The notes under the pieces are model-generated. The model saw nothing but the letters and a program-made list of their open reading frames with translations. It searched no databases and was not told the DNA's origin. From contig CAYUXJ010000001.1 of the NCBI GenBank assembly GCA_964448845.1, positions 19,938 to 83,937 of the forward strand: DNA of 64,000 nt. The letters are read 5' to 3'. The translations under genes were made by a program, and so were the position numbers. Shown piece by piece: positions 26,462 to 36,789 of the stretch. The stretch's first letter is position 1. Every line of letters starts with the position of its first letter. Origin of the DNA: an uncultured Sediminibacterium sp. GTDB taxonomy: Bacteria; Bacteroidota; Bacteroidia; Chitinophagales; Chitinophagaceae.

Positions 26462-27487
26462 TTATGGAGATACCAGGTTCAGGCTGATGCTAAAATAAAG
26501 CGGATTCCCCAGGTTGCTGGTGAAATAACGCAGGTTATCTTTCCTCGCATCGTATTGATTCATCACGTCAAATCTCCAATTGTAGCGCAATCCAGCTTGG
26601 GCATTCAGCCAAACAAATCCACTGATTTTCTTATCCCACATAATCCTGGGTTTTAACTCACTACGCTGTATGAATACTGCCCCGTTTGGACTATTCACCA
26701 GTCCCATCCAGAATTGATTACCCTCTAATTCATAACCAAGTTGAAATATGTTGGAGGTGGAAACATTGTAGCGCAAATAACCGCGCGCAGGCATGAATAA
26801 TTCCATACCCCAATGATCATTGAAGGTTTTATTCCAGAATAATACCGGCAAGTGAATTACCTGTCCGGCACGATAGGTTCTCGCTATACCCACACCGATC
26901 ATATTCTTTTCAGATTTCTTCCAGCCATAAACGGCAGCACCACTTACAGTAAAAGCTTTGCCATTTATATCACTTAAACGAGGAAACACACCATTGCCAT
27001 CCAGGCTGGCCTGGAAGATTAGAAAATTCTTTTCATTCAACGGCTTGAAAACGGTAGTGTTTATACCTGCACTCACCATCGCAGTATTATTGAGTGAGTT
27101 GGCAAAGAGATTGGTACCCGGCTTTTCAACAAAAAATCGACTGCTCCAGTAATTCGCACCCAACTGCCAAATGAGTTTTGTATTGGAAACTACCGGAACA
27201 TTAACCTGGAACCGATATGAACTCACCCGGTTGACATGGAAGTCTTGCATAGCGGGTAACATGGCCGATAACGGTACAGATGGCATGTGGAAGTCGCCCT
27301 GGTATTCATAACCCATACTTAGGATGCGCTGTGGCGTTTGATTCAACACTTTCTGTGTACAGAAACGCTTAACACCTTCCGCATCACCAAACTTACTGTA
27401 GTCAAAGACTTCCGTTGTATCTACCTGGGCCTGCATACCGGTTGCTTTTAATAGCAGCAGGCACAGAAAAAGTTTTCTCATTTTCAT
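26462..27487 (-). CDS. Exported hypothetical protein, probably an outer-membrane beta-barrel
   Basis: Signal peptide MKMRKLFLCLLLLKATGMQAQ with alternating hydrophobic beta-strand periodicity. No family recognised. Confidence 0.5.
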   Translation of the reverse strand: MKMRKLFLCLLLLKATGMQAQVDTTEVFDYSKFGDAEGVKRFCTQKVLNQTPQRILSMGYEYQGDFHMPSVPLSAMLPAMQDFHVNRVSSYRFQVNVPVVSNTKLIWQLGANYWSSRFFVEKPGTNLFANSLNNTAMVSAGINTTVFKPLNEKNFLIFQASLDGNGVFPRLSDINGKAFTVSGAAVYGWKKSEKNMIGVGIARTYRAGQVIHLPVLFWNKTFNDHWGMELFMPARGYLRYNVSTSNIFQLGYELEGNQFWMGLVNSPNGAVFIQRSELKPRIMWDKKISGFVWLNAQAGLRYNWRFDVMNQYDARKDNLRYFTSNLGNPLYFSISLNLVSP

Positions 27488-27519
27488 ATAGCTTCTTAAT
27501 TGGTTGAAAGTAGTTTATG

Positions 27520-27527
27520 CAAATATA
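27520..27527 (-). promoter_or_regulatory. -7 box TAtaTTTG upstream of 26462-27487
   Basis: The + strand reads CAAATATA, 33 nt upstream of ATG 27487. Confidence 0.4.
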
Positions 27528-27637
27528 TAACAAAAAAAATGTTGATGATTTCAGCGATATTGGCTATCACCTACCATGTTAAACTGATATGGGATGAAAC
27601 AATCAGGCAGAAAAAGCTTTGAAACCAATCACCCATT

Positions 27638-28459
27638 TTACCAACCAATTGTTTTGAAATTATTGGAAGTGAAAAAGTAAGTGACGATGCGTTCAATTAC
27701 AGCTACTGCGACCAGTGCAATCACGCCCGCAAAACTGATGCGCAGCAGTAAATCCGATTTTGGCCCCTGTGCTGCATGAATACCCCACAATGCCCAGGCA
27801 ATGGTCAATGCATATCCGGCCGTTCGAAAGCGAATGAGCATAAAAAGTGCCAATACGATGGCTGTGGTGATCATAACAGCACTCCAGATTTCCGGTTCCA
27901 AGGGACCGCCCTTCCAGTTTATTTTAACCAGATAGGCCGTGACATTGGCAATTGTGGCTACACTAATCCACCCCAGATAAACCGTGAAGGGTGCAATCAA
28001 AAAGGTTTGCAGCCACAAGGGGAAAATACGTATGCCTTTTCGGCCATTGATAAAAATCCGTATCAGGGTAAACAACATAAATAACATGACTACCAGACTC
28101 AATGCAGCCTGAAGATAATGCCAGCAAAGAATCCACATCACGTTGAGTACACAACTCCACCAATATAAACTAGTTACGCGTTTGATGTATACCCGTGCAG
28201 GGTGTTCAGCCAAAGTCGACTTTAGCAGAAAAACGGTGAGGGTAATGTTATAGGCTAATAAGAGTAAATAGATAATGCCCCAGATGGAAAAAGTAAATCC
28301 CGCCGGCACAAATCGATTGGGATAGAAAGCTGAGATCTCTCCAGTTTGGTAGCCACCAATGGGAAGAATGTTGGCAAGGGCATTGACAGTAATCATCGTT
28401 GCCCATGCCAGCCAAGTGAACAATATGGTTCTCCTGGTCTCAGCTATTTCCCGACTCAT
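27638..28459 (-). CDS. Trp-rich polytopic membrane protein, TspO/MBR-related candidate
   Basis: The N-terminal pattern NALANILPIGGYQTGEISAFYPNRFVPAGFTFSIWGIIY resembles the long TspO-like family. Its ATG overlaps the upstream peptidase stop (ATGA), so the two are co-transcribed. Confidence 0.35.
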   Translation of the reverse strand: MSREIAETRRTILFTWLAWATMITVNALANILPIGGYQTGEISAFYPNRFVPAGFTFSIWGIIYLLLLAYNITLTVFLLKSTLAEHPARVYIKRVTSLYWWSCVLNVMWILCWHYLQAALSLVVMLFMLFTLIRIFINGRKGIRIFPLWLQTFLIAPFTVYLGWISVATIANVTAYLVKINWKGGPLEPEIWSAVMITTAIVLALFMLIRFRTAGYALTIAWALWGIHAAQGPKSDLLLRISFAGVIALVAVAVIERIVTYFFTSNNFKTIGW

Positions 28460-30429
28460 GGCATATACTTTTTAAACCAATTGATGTGCGCATTGAAACG
28501 ATGTATAATATAACTCGGTACACTGATACCATGGTGTTGGTTGGGATAAATAATCAGTTGGGTGGGAATACCTTCTGACTTAAATGCCTGGTACATCTGC
28601 TCTGCACCTATCACGGGTACATTGAAATCTGCCTGGCTGGCCATGAACAGGGTAGGGGTTTTGATTTTTTTCACCTGGAAGAATGGATAAGATAGGTCGA
28701 GCCATTTTTTAGGGTTATCCCAGGGCTTGCCCAATTCATTTTCATATTGGGTGATGTATTGATCAGAACCATAGAAGGATAAAGTCAAGGAAAAGCCTGC
28801 TCCGCTCACGGCAGCTTTGAATCGTTTATCGGTTGCAATGGTATAGTTGGTCAGAATGCCTCCATAACTCCATCCTGCAATGGCCATTCTATTGGAATCT
28901 ACCAGTCCTGCCTTAATCAGCGACTCAGTAATCGCTAAAATATCTTTTACTTCTTTATTCCCCCAATCGGCAAAGATGCTCTTGGTATAAGCTGCACCAC
29001 GGCCGCTGCTGCCTCTGTAATTAACAGCCACTACTGTGTAACCGGCAGCAGCTAAAATTTGGCGGTACAGATCAAACCCAAATTCATCTTGTGCTACCGG
29101 TCCGCCATGAATGAATAATACCAACGGTTGTTTGGTTGCTGTGGAATCAGTAGTATATAAAATACCATTGACCTGGTTCTTGTCTGAACTGGTGGCAGTA
29201 ATACCCCGCACGTGCAGCTTCTTCAAAGGTGACAGGAAAGTATCCTGCAAGCGGGTGATTGGTTCAAAACGATCGTTCTTCCAAAGACATATTTCGTTGG
29301 GGCGCTGTGGGTTTGAGTATAATGCCACCCTGTCTCCCTTTTCATTCATATGCAGCGCACTGTATACGCCGTCAGCTGCTGTAATTGGTTTGGCATCATT
29401 ACCACTGAGTCCGAAACGGTAGAAAAGCTGATAGCGATCATCTTCAACCGCAGAGATCACCGCATCACCCTGGCGCGACCAGGTAACACCCTCCACACTT
29501 CTATCCAGACCGGCTGATAAAGCTGTGGTCTTCTTTGTCTCCAGATCGAGCAGCATCAGTAATTTGAGATCGTACATTTCGAATGCCATTTCGGAGGCAG
29601 CTCGTATATAAGCAATCTTTTTACTATCGGGACTAAATCTTGGCGTACGATCACCACCTTTGAAATCAGTGAGCTGTTCGGGAACGGCACCTGCACGGGC
29701 TGCAACAATAAATATATCTGTGTTGTCATTTCTATCAGGATCAGCACTGATATTACTGCTGAAGACGATACGGCTACCATCGGCACTGATATCGGCATCG
29801 CGCTCATCGAATTTGCCACGTGTCAGGGTATCCAGCTTTTTATCGTGTACATGCCAGATATACAAATGTGTTTTCCGGTTGTCAAGATATCCTTCATAGT
29901 CTTGCTTAAACTGGTACCTATCAATTTCATATGGTTTGCGGATATTTGATTTTGCTGTATCTGCATAATTGAAATCACGAATGGCAAATAAAATGCGCTT
30001 GCCATCCGGAAACCATTGATAGGAACTGATTTCGCCTTTGATATGTGTCTGCTGACGCGCTTCACCCCCACGTCGGTCGAGTAAGTAAAGCTGACTGCCC
30101 TCTTTATCATCTTTTCCGGCTGCCATAAAGGAAATGTATTTCCCATCAGGACTCCAGTTTGCGGAAGAAAAACTTTTTGTTTGCTCTGTGAGTGTAACTG
30201 TTTCAGATCCATCGGTACTGACCATGCAGAGTTTCGATTGGTTTTTGTCTTTCGCTGAATCAACCGTACCATGGGAATAAAGAATCCACTTTCCTTCCGG
30301 CGAAATTTTCGGGGCGCCTATGTTATTGACGCGGTACACATCATTCGGGCCAATCCAGCGCTGTGCTGCTACTTGTAACGATAAGGTTGTCAAAATAATG
30401 AAGACAAAACTTCGAGTCAATAATTTCAT
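28456..30429 (-). CDS. S9 family serine peptidase (TolB-like beta-propeller + prolyl oligopeptidase catalytic domain)
   Basis: Signal peptide. Propeller repeats (ISPEGKWILYS, WSPDGKYISF, WFPDGKRILF, FSPDSKKIAY). Nucleophile elbow AIAGWSYGG. C-terminal ...YPNQHHG. Confidence 0.85.
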   Translation of the reverse strand: MKLLTRSFVFIILTTLSLQVAAQRWIGPNDVYRVNNIGAPKISPEGKWILYSHGTVDSAKDKNQSKLCMVSTDGSETVTLTEQTKSFSSANWSPDGKYISFMAAGKDDKEGSQLYLLDRRGGEARQQTHIKGEISSYQWFPDGKRILFAIRDFNYADTAKSNIRKPYEIDRYQFKQDYEGYLDNRKTHLYIWHVHDKKLDTLTRGKFDERDADISADGSRIVFSSNISADPDRNDNTDIFIVAARAGAVPEQLTDFKGGDRTPRFSPDSKKIAYIRAASEMAFEMYDLKLLMLLDLETKKTTALSAGLDRSVEGVTWSRQGDAVISAVEDDRYQLFYRFGLSGNDAKPITAADGVYSALHMNEKGDRVALYSNPQRPNEICLWKNDRFEPITRLQDTFLSPLKKLHVRGITATSSDKNQVNGILYTTDSTATKQPLVLFIHGGPVAQDEFGFDLYRQILAAAGYTVVAVNYRGSSGRGAAYTKSIFADWGNKEVKDILAITESLIKAGLVDSNRMAIAGWSYGGILTNYTIATDKRFKAAVSGAGFSLTLSFYGSDQYITQYENELGKPWDNPKKWLDLSYPFFQVKKIKTPTLFMASQADFNVPVIGAEQMYQAFKSEGIPTQLIIYPNQHHGISVPSYIIHRFNAHINWFKKYMP

Positions 30430-30444
30430 AAGGTGTTTTTTACT

Positions 30445-33400
30445 TTATTCGAAACTGATATAATTCCAATTGAGTTTTCTGCAGTTTTCATTCAGCAGGC
30501 GGATATCTCCTTGCAGTAGGGCTTGCTGTTGGTTGCGGTATTTTACCCATTCATCGTGCAGGTCTTGGGTTCTTTTGATATGACCTTCTGTAATCGTGGG
30601 TATATTCCCCTCAGCCTCTCCTTTTACAAATATGATATTCGCACTAAGCTTATTGACAAAATTAATCACATCATCATTGGTCTTTGATTTGCGTTGGATA
30701 AGCTGCTCTTCCCAATTTTTGATCTTTCCAAGAATGGTTTTGGCATGTTGGTGGAGAGTATCATAAGCAGTATTGCCTTCCGTACGTCCTATCAGGTCAT
30801 TGAGTTGCTGCTGAATTTTATGCATTTGAGTAACCGCCACATGAATTTCTTCCACATCATCTGATAATTGTTTTAGCAGTTTGTCTTGTTCACGGTAGGC
30901 TTCAACTGTTACCAGGTTGGGATACTCTTTCAGGTGTCGGGGATCTGTCAGTACCCGGAAATTTTGAGTCATGGCTTTACCATTTACAGTCATTCTTACT
31001 GTATAGGTTCCGGGTATTACTCCTCTTCCCTGATCACTTCCCTCAATCAACACATTGTCAATGGTTGGCAGGTTTTTGTGGCACAAATTCCAGGTAAAAC
31101 GATTCAGTCCGTTCCTTACCTCAATTTCCGGATCATCCTGCGCAGAGTTATTTCCCTGGCGGTTAACCGGCTTCTTATCGTAAAAAGTGCGTAATACACT
31201 TCCCGTACTATCCAGTATTTCAATCGTTATACTTTTTACTGCTTCTTTCTTGGTCACGTGAAAGAAAAACTGCGCGTCTGTAGCCGGATTGGCCATAGTC
31301 GTGTTAATCGTTCTTGGTTCCTTATCTCCGGGGAACAACTGGTTGAGCGGGCTTCCCACAGATAAACGGTATACGTCTTTCACCGGCAGTAATGCAATGC
31401 TATCAGTCTGGTTAACTACATTTTTTCTCAGGGGTGTCAGGTCATCGAGTATCCAGAAGGCCCTGCCCTGGGTACTGGCCAGTAAATGATTTTGGTGCAG
31501 TTTGAGATCGGTGATAGGGGTTACCGGCAAGTTCAGTTGCAGGTTTTGCCAATTTTTGCCTCCATTATAAGAAATATAAAAACCGGTTTCCGTTCCTGCG
31601 TATAGCAAGTCCTTCACTTCATTGTCTTCCCGCACCACTCTTACATACGCGCCATAGGGGATGCCTGTTTGTATTTTACTCCAGGTTGCCCCATAATCAG
31701 TCGATTTATAAATAAAGGGGGTGAAGTCATTGAATTTATACCGGTGAACGGCTAAATAAACGGTTCCTTTCTGATGGGGCGAAACTTCGATGGCATTGAC
31801 CTGGTGTCCTCGTATGCCCTCAGGAGAGATATTGGTCCAGTCTTTCCCGCCATTGCGGGTAATATAAACCATCCCATCATCGCTACCGGTATACATAACA
31901 CCATTTTCATGGGGTGATTCGGCCACATAAGAAATAGTGCAGTAGTTTTCCCCGCCGGCACCTTCATTGGTATAAGGTCCGCCGCTTTTTCCCATTTTGG
32001 TCGTGTCATGAGTTGTCAAATCAGGTGAGATAGCCACCCATGACTTACCGAGATTCGACGTCTTGAAAAGTCGATTTCCGGCATGATAAAATACTCCTTT
32101 CTCATGCAAGGAATAAATGATAGGGGCATTCCAGTTGAAGCGGTAAGTCATATCCTTTGGATCCAGCGACTGATATTGTACCGGATATTCCATGATATTC
32201 ACTTGTTCGTTTATTTTGGTACGCAAGAGGCCGATGGTACCCTGGTAGCTTCCTCCCATTACATGATCGGGTTGATCTGGATCAAAAGCGAGGAAAGCAG
32301 ATTCCCCTCCGGCTGAGTAAGACCAGTCCCGTTCACCAATTCTGCCTCCCCAGGAGGAACCCATACTGGCCAGTTTCACCGAGGTATTATCTTGCTGACC
32401 GGCATAGAGGTTATAGGGAAATAGATTGTCAGCATTTACGCGATAGAATTGGGCGGTGGGTTGATTGTCTTGCGATGACCAGCTTTGTCCGCCATTGAAA
32501 CTTACGGATGCACCACCATCATTCGCTACGATCATATTCTTAGTGTTATCGGGATTGATCCATAGTTGGTGATAATCTCCATGGGGTGCGCGGAATGACT
32601 CCCAGGTTTTTCCTCCATCAATTGATTTGATGGCCGGGGAACTGAGTACATAAAGGGTGTTCGGATCTTTCGGATCGGTAGCTGCCTCAATATAATACCA
32701 AGCCCTTTGTACCAGCCGATGGTCTTTGCTCACCCGATTCCAATGAGCCCCCCCATCATTGGAAACGAATAAACCACCCTGTTCTTTTTCTGTGTCACTT
32801 TCCAACACCAGGTATAATTTATCCGGATTTCCTCCTGCAATATTGATACTCATCTTACCCAATTCCTTGGGCAGTCCTTCATGCATCTTTTCCCAGGTTT
32901 CTCCGCCATCCTTGCTCTTATATAAACCGGATCCCTTGCCGCCGCTGATTACCTTCCAGGGTAGACGACGGTGTTCCCACATGGCAGCATAGAGAATGCG
33001 TGGATTGCTGGGATCCATAGCCAAGTCAACACAGCCGGTATTTTCATCAACGTACAATATTCTCTTCCAGGTTTTTCCTCCATTATCAGTTTTAAATATC
33101 CCTCTGTCAGGGGAGGGGCCATGCAGTGGTCCCTGGGCAGCCACATAGGCTACATCCGGATTGGTTGGGTGAATGCGAACATTGGCAATATGACGGGTGA
33201 GTTCGAGTCCCAAGTGTTTCCAGGTTTTACCTGCATCAGTTGAACGATAAACACCATCACCATACGAGGTCATCACACCACGGGGGGCATGTTCGCCCAT
33301 ACCCACATATACCACATTCGCATCTGAGGGAGCAACAGCAACCGCACCCACAGAACCAGTTTTAAAATAACCATCGGAGATATTTTTCCAGTTATTTCCG

Positions 33401-33642
33401 GCATCCTCTGTTTTCCAAACGCCCCCTCCGGTTGTTCCCATATAATAGACGAGTGGATTACCCAATACTCCCGTAGCTGTAACAGAGCGGCCTCCCCGCA
33501 TAGGTCCGGCATTACGCCAGATCAGGGGTTGGTAATAACTGCTTCCACCTGAGGGAGCCGGGGAAACAACTCCCCCTGTTTCCTGACCAATTAATGAGTT
33601 GAAGGTTACAATACTCGCAATGAATGCTACAATTTTTTTCAT
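30445..33642 (-). CDS. BNR/Asp-box repeat (sortilin/VPS10-like) secreted protein
   Basis: At least eight SxDxGxTW Asp-boxes ([72 protein letters not shown]). Signal peptide [20 protein letters not shown]. Confidence 0.75.
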   Translation of the reverse strand: MKKIVAFIASIVTFNSLIGQETGGVVSPAPSGGSSYYQPLIWRNAGPMRGGRSVTATGVLGNPLVYYMGTTGGGVWKTEDAGNNWKNISDGYFKTGSVGAVAVAPSDANVVYVGMGEHAPRGVMTSYGDGVYRSTDAGKTWKHLGLELTRHIANVRIHPTNPDVAYVAAQGPLHGPSPDRGIFKTDNGGKTWKRILYVDENTGCVDLAMDPSNPRILYAAMWEHRRLPWKVISGGKGSGLYKSKDGGETWEKMHEGLPKELGKMSINIAGGNPDKLYLVLESDTEKEQGGLFVSNDGGAHWNRVSKDHRLVQRAWYYIEAATDPKDPNTLYVLSSPAIKSIDGGKTWESFRAPHGDYHQLWINPDNTKNMIVANDGGASVSFNGGQSWSSQDNQPTAQFYRVNADNLFPYNLYAGQQDNTSVKLASMGSSWGGRIGERDWSYSAGGESAFLAFDPDQPDHVMGGSYQGTIGLLRTKINEQVNIMEYPVQYQSLDPKDMTYRFNWNAPIIYSLHEKGVFYHAGNRLFKTSNLGKSWVAISPDLTTHDTTKMGKSGGPYTNEGAGGENYCTISYVAESPHENGVMYTGSDDGMVYITRNGGKDWTNISPEGIRGHQVNAIEVSPHQKGTVYLAVHRYKFNDFTPFIYKSTDYGATWSKIQTGIPYGAYVRVVREDNEVKDLLYAGTETGFYISYNGGKNWQNLQLNLPVTPITDLKLHQNHLLASTQGRAFWILDDLTPLRKNVVNQTDSIALLPVKDVYRLSVGSPLNQLFPGDKEPRTINTTMANPATDAQFFFHVTKKEAVKSITIEILDSTGSVLRTFYDKKPVNRQGNNSAQDDPEIEVRNGLNRFTWNLCHKNLPTIDNVLIEGSDQGRGVIPGTYTVRMTVNGKAMTQNFRVLTDPRHLKEYPNLVTVEAYREQDKLLKQLSDDVEEIHVAVTQMHKIQQQLNDLIGRTEGNTAYDTLHQHAKTILGKIKNWEEQLIQRKSKTNDDVINFVNKLSANIIFVKGEAEGNIPTITEGHIKRTQDLHDEWVKYRNQQQALLQGDIRLLNENCRKLNWNYISFE

Positions 33643-33797
33643 GGCAATAAAATGATGATGAATAAGTAATGTCACTAAGGTAATGAATTTTTATTGCCAT
33701 TGCCCGCTTGTGTACACAACCTGTAAAATGTTGATATATATGTGGGTTAAGGACTTAAAAGCCGTTCTCTCTGCCACCTTTACTGCCCGAATTGTGT

Positions 33798-33805
33798 TAA
33801 ATTTG
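33798..33805 (+). promoter_or_regulatory. -7 box TAaaTTTG upstream of the first FAD/Fe-S oxidase gene
   Basis: Exact TAnnTTTG, 26 nt upstream of ATG 33831. Confidence 0.4.
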
Positions 33806-33830
33806 TTTTTTCGATGAAAAGGCCTGTTGC

Positions 33831-36752
33831 ATGCAGAATGGATTGACCGAACTGAAAAGGAACATACAAGGCGATATTCGTACGGATGACCTGAGTAAAA
33901 TCATCTATGCTACCGATGCTTCCGCCTACCGAGAATGGCCGGAAGCAGTAGCTGTTCCCGCTTCGCGGGAAGACCTCCTCTTGCTGATTCAGCATGCCAA
34001 TGAAACTGGCACCACCCTGATTCCCCGTGCGGGAGGTACCTCCCTGGCTGGACAGGTTGTAGGGGATGGCATAGTAGTTGATATTTCCCGCCATTTTCAT
34101 CAGATACTAGAATTAAATGTGGCTGAAAAATGGGTGCGGGTTCAACCGGGAGTTATCCGCGACGACCTCAACAAATGGCTGCGCCCTTATGGCCTATTTT
34201 TTGCACCCGAAACATCTACCGCCAACCGGGCTATGATCGGGGGAATGATTGGAAACAATTCTTGTGGCTCTAATTCAATTCGCTATAAAAGTACCCGTGA
34301 ACACCTGCTGGAAGTTACTGCCTTGCTTTCTGATGGCAATGAAGTAGTTTTTGGCGATTTGACTACCGATGCTTTTCATGCCAAATGCGAATTGACCGGC
34401 AGGGAAGGTGAGATCTATCGCCATATTCGTAAATTACTCAGTTCACCTGAAGTGAGAGCGGAAATTGAAGCCGGATTTCCTCATCCCGATATTGAAAGAA
34501 GAAATACAGGCTATGCATTGGACCAACTTATGACCGCTGACCCATTCATTGCAGGTGGTCCGGCCTTTAATTTTTGTCGCTTACTTGCCGGTTCGGAAGG
34601 AACCCTTGCATTGATAACCTCCGCGAAACTATCGCTGGAACCCTTACCGCCCAGGGAGACCGGACTACTCTGTGTGCATTTTCATTCAGTGGATGAATCC
34701 CTGCGAGCCAATGTGCTGGCAGTATCATTTCAGCCTACCGCCTGTGAATTGATTGACCATTATATTTTGGAATGTACCAAAGACAATCGCGAACAGGCAT
34801 TGAATCGTTTCTTTGTGCAAGGTGATCCCGGTGCCATTCTCGTGATTGAATTTTGCCGCGATACGCGGGAAGAAATCATTGCCATCACCCAACAAGTGGA
34901 AGCCCTATTGCGTGAGCATGGATTGGGGTATCATTTCCCCGTTTTATTTGGGGATGATACTAAGAAAATATGGACATTACGCAAAGCAGGATTGGGTTTA
35001 CTGAGTAACCTGCCGGGAGATGAAAAAGCAGTACCTGTAATCGAGGATACAGCTGTTCGGGTGGAAGACTTGCCTGCCTATATCCGTTCTTTCAATGCAA
35101 TACTTACTCAACATCAGTTACATGCTGTTCATTATGCCCATGCAGGTTCAGGGGAGTTGCATTTGCGTCCGATCATTAACCTGAAAACGAAAGAAGGCCA
35201 TGCACTCTTTCGTACCATTGCCAACGAGGTGGCCGTTTTAGTGAAACAATACCGTGGTTCGCTCAGTGGCGAACATGGTGATGGACGTCTGCGCGGTGAA
35301 TTCATTGAGCTCATGGTAGGTGAGAAGAATTACCGTCGCTTCATCGAATTGAAACAGATATGGGACCCCGCCCGCATTTTCAATGCAGGAAAAATTGTGG
35401 AGACGCCACCAATGGATACCCAGCTGCGATATGAAGGTGGTCAGGAAACACCACCCTTTAAAACGTACTTCCGCTTCTACGGACAAAATATTTTACAACA
35501 TGCAGAACAATGCAATGGCTCGGGGGACTGCCGAAAAACTGAGGTCTCAGGCGGAACTATGTGTCCTTCTTATATGGCAACACGCGAAGAAAAAGATACT
35601 ACCCGTGCACGTGCCAATGTATTAAGGGAATACCTCACCCGGTCTAAAAAAATCAATCGGTTTGATCACCAGGAGATTTATGATGTCATGGATCTCTGCC
35701 TGAGCTGCAAAGCCTGTAAAACAGAATGCCCGTCCAATGTTGACATGACCAAGCTGAAAGCAGAATTCTTGCAGCAATATTATGATGTACATGGAGTGCC
35801 TTTCCGTTCAAGACTGATAGCAAACTTTACCAACCTATCGAAGCTTTCTATGTTGGTACCTTCTTTATATAACTGGCTGATCAAAAATCCAGTTACCGGA
35901 AATTGGATCAAGCAGCTGGCTGGTTTTGCAACGGCACGGTCATTACCCGAATTAGCACCACAAACGCTCAGGAGCTGGATGAGACAGCGAAAGCAATACA
36001 ATGCCGGCGGACGAAAAGTCTATTTCTTTTGTGATGAATTTACGAATTACAACGATGTAGCCATCGGACAAAAAACCATTCTATTATTGGAAAGTCTTGG
36101 TTACCGGGTCATCATCCCAAAACATGGTGAGAGTGGACGAACCTGGTTATCGAAAGGATTGGTAAAAAAGGCAAAGCAAATCATTGATAGCAACATCGAT
36201 CTGCTGGCTCCTTTGATCACAGCAGAAACACCGATGGTAGGACTCGAACCTTCGGCCATCATAACATTTCGCGATGAGTACCTTGATCTTGCCGATCAAC
36301 AAAAATTATCTGCCGCAAGGGAAATGTCGAAACATATTTTTCTGATCGATGAGTTTCTTGCAAAAGAATTCAAGCAAGGACATATTCAATCTTCGCATTT
36401 CACCCACACGCCGCAACAAATACAACTGCATGGGCATTGTCAGCAAAAGGCACTATCAAAACTGACCGATACCGTCACCATTTTATCGATCCCTGCAGGA
36501 CATCAGGTGCAGGTTATTCCATCCGGCTGTTGTGGTATGGCGGGCTCCTTCGGATATGAAAAAGAACATTATGACATTAGTATGCAAATAGGGGAGTTGG
36601 TGTTATTTCCCGCAGTACGCAATCGCCCTGAGGGGTGTATTACTGCCGCACCGGGCACCAGTTGCCGTCACCAAATAAAAGATGGTACCGGCGAAAAGGC
36701 ACTGCATCCTATTGAAATACTCTATCAGGCGCTGATAAAAAAGTCTTCATAA
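33831..36752 (+). CDS. FAD-binding (GlcD-like) + 4Fe-4S + 2xCCG-domain fusion oxidoreductase (YdiJ-like 2-hydroxyacid dehydrogenase)
   Basis: FAD_binding_4 motifs (IPRAGGTSLAGQ, GGMIGNNSCGS), ferredoxin-type CLSCKACKTECPS, and a C-terminal CCGMAGSFGYE CCG motif; 973 aa. Confidence 0.8.
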   Translation: MQNGLTELKRNIQGDIRTDDLSKIIYATDASAYREWPEAVAVPASREDLLLLIQHANETGTTLIPRAGGTSLAGQVVGDGIVVDISRHFHQILELNVAEKWVRVQPGVIRDDLNKWLRPYGLFFAPETSTANRAMIGGMIGNNSCGSNSIRYKSTREHLLEVTALLSDGNEVVFGDLTTDAFHAKCELTGREGEIYRHIRKLLSSPEVRAEIEAGFPHPDIERRNTGYALDQLMTADPFIAGGPAFNFCRLLAGSEGTLALITSAKLSLEPLPPRETGLLCVHFHSVDESLRANVLAVSFQPTACELIDHYILECTKDNREQALNRFFVQGDPGAILVIEFCRDTREEIIAITQQVEALLREHGLGYHFPVLFGDDTKKIWTLRKAGLGLLSNLPGDEKAVPVIEDTAVRVEDLPAYIRSFNAILTQHQLHAVHYAHAGSGELHLRPIINLKTKEGHALFRTIANEVAVLVKQYRGSLSGEHGDGRLRGEFIELMVGEKNYRRFIELKQIWDPARIFNAGKIVETPPMDTQLRYEGGQETPPFKTYFRFYGQNILQHAEQCNGSGDCRKTEVSGGTMCPSYMATREEKDTTRARANVLREYLTRSKKINRFDHQEIYDVMDLCLSCKACKTECPSNVDMTKLKAEFLQQYYDVHGVPFRSRLIANFTNLSKLSMLVPSLYNWLIKNPVTGNWIKQLAGFATARSLPELAPQTLRSWMRQRKQYNAGGRKVYFFCDEFTNYNDVAIGQKTILLLESLGYRVIIPKHGESGRTWLSKGLVKKAKQIIDSNIDLLAPLITAETPMVGLEPSAIITFRDEYLDLADQQKLSAAREMSKHIFLIDEFLAKEFKQGHIQSSHFTHTPQQIQLHGHCQQKALSKLTDTVTILSIPAGHQVQVIPSGCCGMAGSFGYEKEHYDISMQIGELVLFPAVRNRPEGCITAAPGTSCRHQIKDGTGEKALHPIEILYQALIKKSS

Positions 36753-36789
36753 AGAAAGGAAATGTCAGCTGATGTAAGCAGTAGATAAA

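Noticed and set aside
33780-34100. 106-aa minus-strand ORF overlapping the 5' end of the first FAD/Fe-S oxidase gene
   Set aside because: It overlaps a CDS with clear FAD-binding motifs on the other strand, and its Gly/Ser-rich translation looks like antisense noise.
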